A stretch of DNA of 64,000 nucleotides from a bacterium (GTDB lineage Bacteria; UBA8248): the NCBI GenBank assembly GCA_963692865.2, contig OY843592.1, positions 2,432,001 to 2,496,000 of the forward strand, in the 5' to 3' direction. Under the pieces are notes generated by a model, which saw only the letters and a program-made list of their open reading frames with translations, was not told the origin of the DNA and did not search any database. The position numbers were made by a program, and so were the translations under genes. Each line of letters starts with the position of its first letter. The stretch's first letter is position 1. Shown here one piece after another: positions 49,431 to 58,113 of the stretch.

Positions 49431-50080
49431 GGGGTTGTTGAAAAAGTTCCCTGGCAAATCAGAGTTCGACGCGCCCTACGAGAAGCAAGAGAAACACTCC
49501 CCCCTTGGGGTCTGTTGAAAAAGTCTCAATGAATGAATAAGGTCGAACCCGACCGGGGAGGAGTTGTTGACCCCCAATCGAGAGTGTTCACCGTCATTCC
49601 GGCGAAAGCCGGAATCCATTTTTACGCCTTTTGCCTTTCGTCAGGGTTCCTGCGCATCGGCGGGGAATGGAATGCCGTCGTTCATTCACCCGCATCCGCA
49701 AATGGATTCCGGCTTTCGCCGGAATGACGGCAAAGGCCAATTTCGAGCGAGGAGGGGTTTTTCAACAACCCCCCTTGAGGGGGAGTCAGTGAGCTGAGGG
49801 CGTAAGCCCGAAAGCGAACTGGTGGGGGGAGCTTTTGACTTTGTTAAAATTGTCCCCCCACCGAATCGGCCTTCGTCCAAAGGACTCGGCCTCTTCGTCG
49901 GGCATTCCCCTCGGGATGCCCGACCCTCAAGGGGGGAGTCAAGTTCCTCTTTCGTTGATTGTGCTTTATCCTCAAGGGGGAAGCGGTTGCTTGGCGTTCT
50001 GCAAGGGAGGAGTGTTGTCTCCTCACTCTTTGGTCGCCTAAATTCCCTGAATCACGAAATCAGGGATTTTCACAACGCCC
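49431..50080. mobile_element. Nested MITE-like element flanked by TTGA direct repeats, containing a hairpin repeat interrupted by a second MITE with a CGTC doublet
   Basis: TTGA 49427-49430 and 50081-50084; inner shell 49508-49774; REPs 49592-49619 and 49702-49729. Confidence 0.75.
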
Positions 50081-50160
50081 TTGAGGAGGGAGCGGACACG
50101 TTCTCTCCGGCCAGGGAAAATCCCTGGCGCATCACCGCCGCCTGGTGAGGAGTCGGAAAC

Positions 50161-50937
50161 TTGAGCCCCGTCATATTTGAAATCGGGCCCTTCGCGCTGC
50201 GCTGGTACGGACTCATGTACGTCGCCGCCGTGCTGGCCGGCGTATGGCTGGTGAGGCGGGAAGTCGAGCGCAAGGGGATGCCCATCACACCCGATGAGGT
50301 GATGAGCTTCGGCCTCCTCGTCATGTTCGCAGGGATAGTCGGCGGGAGGATCTATTACGTCCTGTTCAACTGGGAATTCTACCGGGGCGCCATGTGGGAG
50401 GTCTTCGCCATCTGGCAGGGGGGCCTCGCCATACACGGGGGCCTCATCGGAGGCGTTCTGGCCGGGTATCTCTACCTCAGAAACCACGCCGTCTCCACCT
50501 GGGAGTTCGCCGACGCGGCGGCGCCCGCCGTCATGCTCGGCCAGGCGTTCGGGCGTTTCGGCAACTTCATGAACGGAGACGCGCACGGCGTGCCCACGGC
50601 GATGCCCTGGGGCGCCGAGTTTCCCATGACCTCCATCGCGGGCCGGGAGTTTCCCGGCCAGGCGACGCACCCCGTGATGATTTACGAGCTTCTCCTGAAC
50701 CTCGCCTGGTTCTTCGTCCTGAGGCGCTTGAGGCTCACGAACCACAAGCCGGGCTTCGTCTTCTGCCTCTACTTCGTTCTCTATTCCCTGGGCCGCGCCG
50801 CCGTGAGCGGTTTCCGCGCGGACAGCCTCTGGTTCGGTCCCGTCCGCGCCGCCTACCTCGCCAGCGCGCTCCTCATCGTCGCCTTCGGGGCGATCATCGT
50901 GCGGTGGCGGATGTGGGAGCGGGAGGGGAGCGATTAG
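50161..50937 (+). CDS. lgt: Prolipoprotein diacylglyceryl transferase
   Basis: RWYG, GGRIYY, WQGGLAIHGG, GRFGNFMN, HPVMIYE. Confidence 0.95.
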   Translation: MSPVIFEIGPFALRWYGLMYVAAVLAGVWLVRREVERKGMPITPDEVMSFGLLVMFAGIVGGRIYYVLFNWEFYRGAMWEVFAIWQGGLAIHGGLIGGVLAGYLYLRNHAVSTWEFADAAAPAVMLGQAFGRFGNFMNGDAHGVPTAMPWGAEFPMTSIAGREFPGQATHPVMIYELLLNLAWFFVLRRLRLTNHKPGFVFCLYFVLYSLGRAAVSGFRADSLWFGPVRAAYLASALLIVAFGAIIVRWRMWEREGSD

Positions 50938-51032
50938 AGTGGTTCAGCAGGGAACAACCCCCTTGGTTGCCTGAAGTCGCGGCCTTGACGCATTCACAAA
51001 ATCAGCCCACTGCGAAACAGCGCGGGATTGTT

Positions 51033-51217
51033 CGTCATTCCGGCGAAAGCCGGAATCCATCTGTCTTGCTTTTGCTTTTATTTTCAGATTGCCTCCCGCC
51101 AATGACGCAGGGATGAAAAGCCGGCGCATTGCCATTCTGATTGAGAATGGACTCCGGCTTTCGCCGGAATGACGGCAGCGGTCAACTCCAGGCGAGGAGG
51201 GGGTTCTCGACAACCCC
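51033..51217. mobile_element. CGTC REP doublet with conserved tail and MITE right end
   Basis: REPs 51033-51060 and 51147-51174; GGGTTCTCGACAACCCC followed by TTGA. Confidence 0.75.
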
Positions 51218-51231
51218 TTGATTGCGCCTGA

Positions 51232-52923
51232 TCAGAAAACCGGCGATTCCCGGTAGACGCCCCAGACCGACTTCAGCTTCTCGACGATATCTCCCATCGT
51301 GGCGCCCTCGCGCACGAGTTCGACCGTGACGGGCATGATGTTCCGCGTCTCGTCCTTCGCGACCGAGACGAGCTCCTCCAGGAGCATACCGACCCTGGCG
51401 TCGTCGCGTTCGGCGCGCACCCTCCTCGTCCGCGCGATCTGCCGTTCGGCGGTCGTGGAGTCATAGGGGTGGGTCTCGATCTCCTGGTTCTCGTCCTCCT
51501 CGACCAGGGTGTTGACCCCGATGACCGGTTTCTCGCCGGATTGCTTGCGCAGGGCGGTCTCATAGGCGAAGTCGGCGATCTGCTGCTGGAACCAGCCTTC
51601 CTCGATCAGTTTGATCGCGCCGCCGTTTTCATCCACGTAGTCGAGAATCTCGAAAATGCGCGTCTCGAACTCGTTGGTCAGGCTCTCGACGTAGTAGGAA
51701 CCGCCCACCGGATCGATGACGTTGGCGACGTTCGTTTCCTCCGAGATTATCTGTTGCGTGCGCAGGGATATCCGCATGGCGTCCTCGGTCGGAATCGCGA
51801 ACGCCTCGTCGTAGCCGTTCGTGTGCAGCGACTGGCAGCCGCCGAGGACCGCGGCGAGGGCCTGGAACGCGGTGCGCACGATGTTGATGCGGAATTGCGG
51901 CTTGGTCAGGGTCGCGGCCGCGGTCTGGCAATGGAAGCGAAGCCGCATCGATTCGGGGTTCTTCGCGCCGAAGCGCTCTTTCATGATCCTGGCGTAGCAG
52001 CGGCGCAGCGCCCGGAACTTGGCGACCTCCTCGAACAGGTCCGCCTGCGAGACGTAGAAGAAGGCGAGCCTCGGCGCGAACTCGTCGACGTCCATGCCGG
52101 TCTTGAGCACCTCCTCCACGTAGACGATCAGGTTGGCCATGGTGAAGGCGGCCTCCTGCAGGGGCGAGGCGCCGGCTTCGGAGATGTGATAGCCCGAGAT
52201 GTTGATCGGGTTGTAGCGCTTCATGTTGCGTCCGCAGAAGGATATGCAGTCGCGCACGATGCGGACCGAGGGCGCGATGGGATAAATGAACTCCTTCTGC
52301 GCCATGTACTCTTTCAGGATGTCCGCCTGGATGGTGCCCGGGAGCCTGTTGAGGTCCAGGCCGCGCATCTGCGCCAGCGCCACGTACATGGCGAGCAATA
52401 TCCACGCGCTGGGGTTGATGGTCATCGACACGGAGATGTTCTCCAGATCGATGCCGTCGTAGAGCGCCTCCATGTCGGCGAGCGTGTCCACGGCCACGCC
52501 TTCTCGGCCCACCTCGCCCTCGCTCATCGGGTGGTCGGAGTCGTAGCCCATGAGCGTGGGCATGTCGAAGTCGGTCGACAGTCCCGTCTGGCCCTGCGAG
52601 ATCAGGTATTTGAAGCGCTTGTTGGTGTCTTCGCCGGTGCCGAAACCGGCGATCTGGCGCATGGTCCACACCCGGCTGCGGTACATCGTCGGGTAGGGCC
52701 CGCGCGTAAAGGGGTAGCGCCCCGGCAGACCGATGTCCTCGATCGGCGTCTCCGCGATATCGGCGGCGGTATAGACGCGCTGCACCGGAAAATCGCCGGT
52801 GGTGAAGAATTGCTCCTTGCGCTCGGCCTGTTTGTTCAGGAAGGCGGCGACCTCGTTGCCCTCCCAGTCCTCGATCTCGCTCCGTAGTTTCTCAAGCGGA
52901 TTTTGAGTGAACGTCTCGTTCAT
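51232..52923 (-). CDS. hcmA: 2-hydroxyisobutyryl-CoA mutase large subunit
   Basis: MCM-family barrel with RQIAGFG (Ile instead of Tyr/Phe) and GLSTDFD; very close to my recollection of Aquincola HcmA. Confidence 0.88.
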   Translation of the reverse strand: MNETFTQNPLEKLRSEIEDWEGNEVAAFLNKQAERKEQFFTTGDFPVQRVYTAADIAETPIEDIGLPGRYPFTRGPYPTMYRSRVWTMRQIAGFGTGEDTNKRFKYLISQGQTGLSTDFDMPTLMGYDSDHPMSEGEVGREGVAVDTLADMEALYDGIDLENISVSMTINPSAWILLAMYVALAQMRGLDLNRLPGTIQADILKEYMAQKEFIYPIAPSVRIVRDCISFCGRNMKRYNPINISGYHISEAGASPLQEAAFTMANLIVYVEEVLKTGMDVDEFAPRLAFFYVSQADLFEEVAKFRALRRCYARIMKERFGAKNPESMRLRFHCQTAAATLTKPQFRINIVRTAFQALAAVLGGCQSLHTNGYDEAFAIPTEDAMRISLRTQQIISEETNVANVIDPVGGSYYVESLTNEFETRIFEILDYVDENGGAIKLIEEGWFQQQIADFAYETALRKQSGEKPVIGVNTLVEEDENQEIETHPYDSTTAERQIARTRRVRAERDDARVGMLLEELVSVAKDETRNIMPVTVELVREGATMGDIVEKLKSVWGVYRESPVF

Positions 52924-53896
52924 GGTCTCCCTCTCCTTCGAGCGTCGTCGAGAGCAATTCCTCCGCCAGCGTATAGGGGTCGCTCTCCCGGCGCAAAAGC
53001 TGTTCGGCGAGTTTCGCGCTCGCCGCCGCCGTAGCGGCGTGAAATCGATCATACAACAGGTTTTCGGCGGTCTTGCGCAGCCGGAATTCGGCGATGCTTT
53101 TGCGACGCGCCCGGCCCGCATCGGAATCGGAGGTCAGGCCGCGATGCCGGGCAATCGCCCCCAGCAGTTCGTCGAGCCCTTCGCCGGAAAAAGCGCTGGC
53201 GCCTATTACGGGGGCGACCCAGCCGGATGGTTCCTGCCCGCCCGCTCCGAGCGTCAGCATCTGCTTCAAGTCGGTCAGCGTCCGGTTGGCGTCGCTCCGG
53301 TCGCATTTCGACACCACGTGGATGTCGGCTATCTCCAGAAGGCCCGCCTTGATCGCCTGTACCTCGTCCCCGAGGCCGGGCGCGGAAACCACCACCGTGG
53401 TGTGGGAGGCTTGTACGATCTCGACCTCGTCCTGGCCCACGCCGACGGTTTCCAGAACGATGACCCCGAAACCGGCGGCGTCGAGGATATCGACCGCCTC
53501 GAGGGCCGCGCGCGCCATGCCGCCGGTCGCCCCGCGCGTCGCCATGCTGCGGATATAAACGCCGGGGTCGGCGCTCAAGCCGCTCATGCGGATGCGGTCT
53601 CCCAGGATAGAGCCGCCGGAATACGGAGAGGACGGATCAACCGCGATGACGCCGACCTTCTCGCCGCCGGCGCGCAGCCTTTGCGCCAACTCACTGACGA
53701 GCGTGGATTTTCCGCTGCCGGGCGCCCCGGTGATGCCGACGACGTGCGCTCCTCCGGCGAGTTTGTGTATCCGGGCGAGCGCGCCGCGCGCTTCCGCCAG
53801 GCCCGACTCCGCGCGCGATATGAGGCGGCCTATCGCGGCCGGCTCGCCCCTTTGAACGCGGGCGATGAGTTCCACGGAGGGGAGGTAGACGCCCAT
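52892..53896 (-). CDS. meaH: MeaB-like G-protein chaperone of the mutase
   Basis: GAPGSGKST, VDPSSPYSGGSILGDRIR, ETVGVGQ. Confidence 0.85.
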   Translation of the reverse strand: MGVYLPSVELIARVQRGEPAAIGRLISRAESGLAEARGALARIHKLAGGAHVVGITGAPGSGKSTLVSELAQRLRAGGEKVGVIAVDPSSPYSGGSILGDRIRMSGLSADPGVYIRSMATRGATGGMARAALEAVDILDAAGFGVIVLETVGVGQDEVEIVQASHTTVVVSAPGLGDEVQAIKAGLLEIADIHVVSKCDRSDANRTLTDLKQMLTLGAGGQEPSGWVAPVIGASAFSGEGLDELLGAIARHRGLTSDSDAGRARRKSIAEFRLRKTAENLLYDRFHAATAAASAKLAEQLLRRESDPYTLAEELLSTTLEGEGDHERDVHSKSA

Positions 53897-55326
53897 CAGC
53901 GGTTTTCTTCATCCAGTTGGGTTTGCATCTGCTGGAAGACGGCGCGATCGTCGATCACGCGGCGCGCCTTGAAATCCGTTCGGGGGATCGAACCCGGCTC
54001 GGCGACTTCCACGGCCGTCCGCAGCCCGAGCACCATCTGCAACTTGTGCGCCACCTCCGCGCGGAACCGGGCGGCGGCCTCGGGCTCCGCGAAGGTCCCG
54101 GCGTCGGCCTCGACGCGCAGCAGCAACTCGTCCATCGCCGCCTCGCGGCTGATCACGATCCGGTGCTCCCCGCCGTAGTGCGCCAGTTCGTTGAGCGCGG
54201 CGTCTATCTCGCTCGGATACACGTTCTCGCCGCGGATCGTGAACATATCGTCGATGCGCCCGAAAATACCGTGCGGCAGGCGCGGATAGGTGCGTCCGCA
54301 CGGGTTCGGTTCGTCCACCCACCGGGCCAGGTCCCCCGACACCAGGCGGATCATCGGCTGGGACGCGCGTTCGAGATGGGTGTACACGGGCGTTCCCCGC
54401 TCCCCGTAGGGTACGCGGCGCATGGTTTCGGGATCGCATACTTCCGTGTAGACGACGTCCTGCCAGCAGAGCATTCCGTCCGTCTGGGCCGAACCCGCCA
54501 CGTTCATCCACGGACTCATCTCGGCCATGGAGCCGCTGTCGTAGACCCTGGCCCCGTAGATTCCCTCGATGCGCTCGCGGATGGCCGGTATCGAGGCGCC
54601 GGGCTCGCCGGAGAAGAACATGACCTTGAGCTGCATGTCGCGAGGGTCGATGCCCTCGTCTTCCGCGACCTGGGCGAGATGCAGGGCGTAGGTCGGCGTA
54701 CCGTAGAAGGCGGTGGGCTTGAGCATGTGGAGCCATTGCACGCAGCGCGCGGACATGCCGGACGCGCCTGCGCCGAACGGGAAAGCCTTTGCGCCGAGGC
54801 GCTCCGCGCCGGCGAGCGCCCCCCAGCTCCCCATATAGAGGGAGAATACGGCGGCGACGCAAACCGTGTCGCCTGGGCGCAGGCCCATGCCCCACATGAC
54901 GCGCGCATGCGCGTTGGCGATGGCGCGCCAGTCGTTCCGCGAGATGGCGAAGGCGGTGGGCCGCCCGGTCGTGCCGCTGGTGCCGTGGATGTGAAAAACG
55001 TCCGTTTCGTCCACGCAGAGGTAATCACCGAAAGGCGGCCGGCGCTCCTGCGCCTCGCGCAGGTCCTTCTTGGTGAGTACCGGCACCTTCTCCTCGAAGT
55101 CCTCAAGCGACTTGAGCAGGCTCGGGTGAAACCCGGCCTCGTCCCATTTGCGGCGGTAGAGGGGCGCATTCTCGTAGGCGTAGGCGCACACTTGTCCGAG
55201 GCGCTCCAGGACGGCCTTCTCCCGCTCTCCCGCCGGCATCGTCTCCCGCCGGGGGAACCAGTAGCGGCTCTCCGTAGCGGGCAGAAAGTTCTCGTCGTAA
55301 TCGGGCGGGAATGACCAGGATTCCAT
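53896..55326 (-). CDS. hcl: 2-hydroxyisobutyrate-CoA ligase (PaaK-like)
   Basis: TSGTTGRP, GRIDDM, NVYPSE; position between hcmB and meaH. Confidence 0.8.
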   Translation of the reverse strand: MESWSFPPDYDENFLPATESRYWFPRRETMPAGEREKAVLERLGQVCAYAYENAPLYRRKWDEAGFHPSLLKSLEDFEEKVPVLTKKDLREAQERRPPFGDYLCVDETDVFHIHGTSGTTGRPTAFAISRNDWRAIANAHARVMWGMGLRPGDTVCVAAVFSLYMGSWGALAGAERLGAKAFPFGAGASGMSARCVQWLHMLKPTAFYGTPTYALHLAQVAEDEGIDPRDMQLKVMFFSGEPGASIPAIRERIEGIYGARVYDSGSMAEMSPWMNVAGSAQTDGMLCWQDVVYTEVCDPETMRRVPYGERGTPVYTHLERASQPMIRLVSGDLARWVDEPNPCGRTYPRLPHGIFGRIDDMFTIRGENVYPSEIDAALNELAHYGGEHRIVISREAAMDELLLRVEADAGTFAEPEAAARFRAEVAHKLQMVLGLRTAVEVAEPGSIPRTDFKARRVIDDRAVFQQMQTQLDEENR

Positions 55327-55336
55327 GGGTAGCGGT

Positions 55337-55744
55337 TCAGCGCGCGCCGCGCTCCTCCACGAGGCGGGTCAGCGTGTCGATAATCGTCTGCGGCGGCGTA
55401 TCCTGCAGCAACACCTTGCTTACCCCCATTTTCTTGAGCTGGACCACGTCTTCGTCCGGCATGACGCCGCCGGCCACGACGATCATGTCGTCGGCGCCGC
55501 CGGCCCTGAGCAGGTCGAATATCCTGGGGAACACGGTCATCTGCACGCCGGAGAGGAGGCTTACGCCCAGCACGTCGACGTCTTCCTGCACGGCGGCGGT
55601 CACCACCTCTTCGGGCGTGCGGTGAAGGCCGGTGTAGATCACGTCCATGCCGGCGTCGCGCAGGGCGCGGGCGACGATCTTGACGCCCCGGTCGTGACCG
55701 TCGAGACCCACCTTCGCCAGCAGGACGCGAATTGGCTGACTCAT
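55337..55744 (-). CDS. hcmB: Cobalamin-binding small mutase subunit
   Basis: LDGHDRG B12 motif, SLLSG, GG. Confidence 0.87.
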   Translation of the reverse strand: MSQPIRVLLAKVGLDGHDRGVKIVARALRDAGMDVIYTGLHRTPEEVVTAAVQEDVDVLGVSLLSGVQMTVFPRIFDLLRAGGADDMIVVAGGVMPDEDVVQLKKMGVSKVLLQDTPPQTIIDTLTRLVEERGAR

Positions 55745-56250
55745 GAGGCGTTCCTCATCAGGCTCTGATTTGTATGCGAAAAACAGCATAAAACCTGCAC
55801 AAAAAGCGCCATGGTGTCAAGGTGAAACGGAATCGGCCCGGGGGAGGGAACGATCAACCGGACGCTCCTGCGCACCCGAAGACACTCGTGGTGAAGCGGC
55901 AGGGATAATGGCGAACGGCCTGGAAAAACCGCCGGTTTTCGGGGGAACAACGTATTTCCTGCCCGTCCTGCCCGGCCCGCCCGCCGCTTGACGCCGCCGG
56001 CGCCCGTCGCATAGGATTCGCCTCGCCCCATCATTTATGGATATGGAGCGGCCCGCCGGACGGCGGCCCGGAAGGCTCCGGGTCCGTGCGGCGGGATACG
56101 ACGACGGAGAGAACTCGAACCCACGAAGAAGCGCGCCGCAAAACCCATTCCGGTTTCGTGATCCGACCGTCGATGCGAACAGACGCGCCCGCCTGAAACG
56201 GCGAAATTGCGCCCGTTTCCATGGACGGGCGCCGAAAGGGAGGAATCCGC

Positions 56251-58034
56251 GTGAAGACCTGGAATCGCACCATGCCCGCCCTCGCGCTGGCGGCGATGAT
56301 GAGACCCTGGCGGGTTGTGGTGGTGGCGGGAGCGCAGGGGGGCCGACACCCACACCAACACCGACACCCACACCCACACCGACACCAACGCCGACGCCGA
56401 CACCCACACCTCCGCCGAATGAACCACGCGGAGAATTGACGCTTCCTGGGCTTGAACTTATCCCGCTGGATAAGATTAAGCTCACGAACAGGGAAATGCA
56501 GAAACGGTTTGTGGTGCTGGATGGCGGGGGGAGTGATACACACGGAGATGGAGTTCGAAAAACCGCATGCAAAGCGTATGTTACCGGGTGTGTGGATCCG
56601 ACCGATTTTTCCGGCAAACTCATAGGGAGAGACGGCACTATTTTAGTTGACCGTACGGACGGGTCAACACCGTTTACATCCTTTGAGGCGCGAAATATCG
56701 CCGGTCTTTCTGGACTTGAATGGCACTTGCAGGAGATTCAAAAGATTGGTACAGTGAAAATTGTTACTGAATCAGTCTTGCCGGCGCACGGAGGTAGTAT
56801 GATTGATCATTATGGCGCTACATTACCGTTTTTGTCAGTAATTAGTGCCGGTAATGAATCAAGCGATTCTTTTATTGGTGCTGTTGACATTCAAGGCGCA
56901 GATCCGGCATGGAGGCGTAACATCCAAAATGCCATAGTCGCAAACAAGGCGATCTATGTCGCCGGGCATACCCGCGATGCGAACGGAAACTATGTTCGAA
57001 GTCCTTTGTCAAGCGGCTGTAAAGGTGGTGACAGCGGGTGTATTTGGGCTCCGTTTTTCGCAACCGGTATCGGAATAGGCACCAGTTTTTCCTCTCCGAT
57101 GTTCGGTGCGGCGCTTGCCTCTGTGTTGAGTGTCTTTCCTGACACCAGGGATACGGAACTCGCGCGTTTCGGTAAAGCGTGTGCCCTCAAATCAGGAAAC
57201 GGCATTGAGGCGCTGCTTGCGAAATCGGGCGGTGTCGGCGTTGCCGATTTCTCCTGCATGGGCAGTGTGATCGGCTCGCTCGCCAACTTGCCGACAGGCG
57301 CAACGACGACAGTTACCGTGAACGGGCAAGCTGTTACCGTCGGCGGGAGGAGTGTGTCGCTTCCCGCTCAGGGGAGTGTCGCTTCGTATATCACCAGAGA
57401 GGTGAGCAGCGGAGCGGTCGGTCAGGCAATTCCGGCGGGCGTTGAGTACGCGCGGTTTGAGAAAGATGATGAAAGCGCGCCTGCCCGCATCAAGTTGACC
57501 AGCTTTGGCAGCGACAACAACAGCTTTTCTTTCGGTGCCGTACCGAACAGCGCGGGATCAGTATCCCTCGTCGGTATGCAGAAAGCGGGAGATTTCTTCG
57601 CGCTCGCGGCGGTGGGGGAGCGGAATGACTTTTTCGGCTTCAGCAAAGGACACGGAGAAGTCCTCAATGCGGAGATCTCCGCCGGACACAAAAATGCCTT
57701 CCTCCGCTTTGAAAAGCAGATCTCAAACGGAGGAATGGGTGTCCGGGATGCGGAAGGCGAATCGTTCGGGTTCACAGTCCGCAAAGGATTTGATCTGACC
57801 GAAAGAGTATTTCTGTCCGCCGCCGTCCGCGGCGACAGGTTTCTCGGCGGGGAGGCAAGTATCCCCTTCGGTAGGGTTAATCTTTCAAAAGGAGGATGGG
57901 ATCATCGCGTGTCCCTGTCCTCTGATATAGTGGTTGACAAAAACGCAACTTTGAGTATCTCGGCAGGAACTCGTTTCCCCGCAGCAGGGGACAGCGAGTC
58001 AAACATCTTCGCCAAGTACTCCCTGCGTTTCTAA
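56251..58034 (+). pseudogene. Lipoprotein S8 (subtilase-like) protease with Pro-Thr linker and C-terminal beta-barrel; apparent 1-nt frameshift near 56302 (real or assembly error)
   Basis: GGGAGG RBS + GTG KTWNRTMPALALAAMM in one frame, TLAGC lipobox in another; VLDGG, THGDGV, SAGNE, GTSFSSP; ends KYSLRF. Confidence 0.65.
56343..56408 (+). repeat. (Pro-Thr)11 coding repeat
   Basis: CCN ACN hexamers x11. Confidence 0.9.
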
Positions 58035-58051
58035 ACGCGATAGAACTTTCA

Positions 58052-58085
58052 CGGCCCGGCAGGGACGACCCCGCCGGGCCGTTCT
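58052..58085 (+). terminator. Hairpin after the S8 gene
   Basis: CGGCCCGGC...GCCGGGCCG then TTCT. Confidence 0.4.
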
Positions 58086-58113
58086 GTGCGTCATGGACAC
58101 CTGGAGGTGAAGC

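Noticed and set aside
55745-56250. Cobalamin riboswitch upstream of hcmB
   Set aside because: No convincing B12-box or core motifs found by eye.
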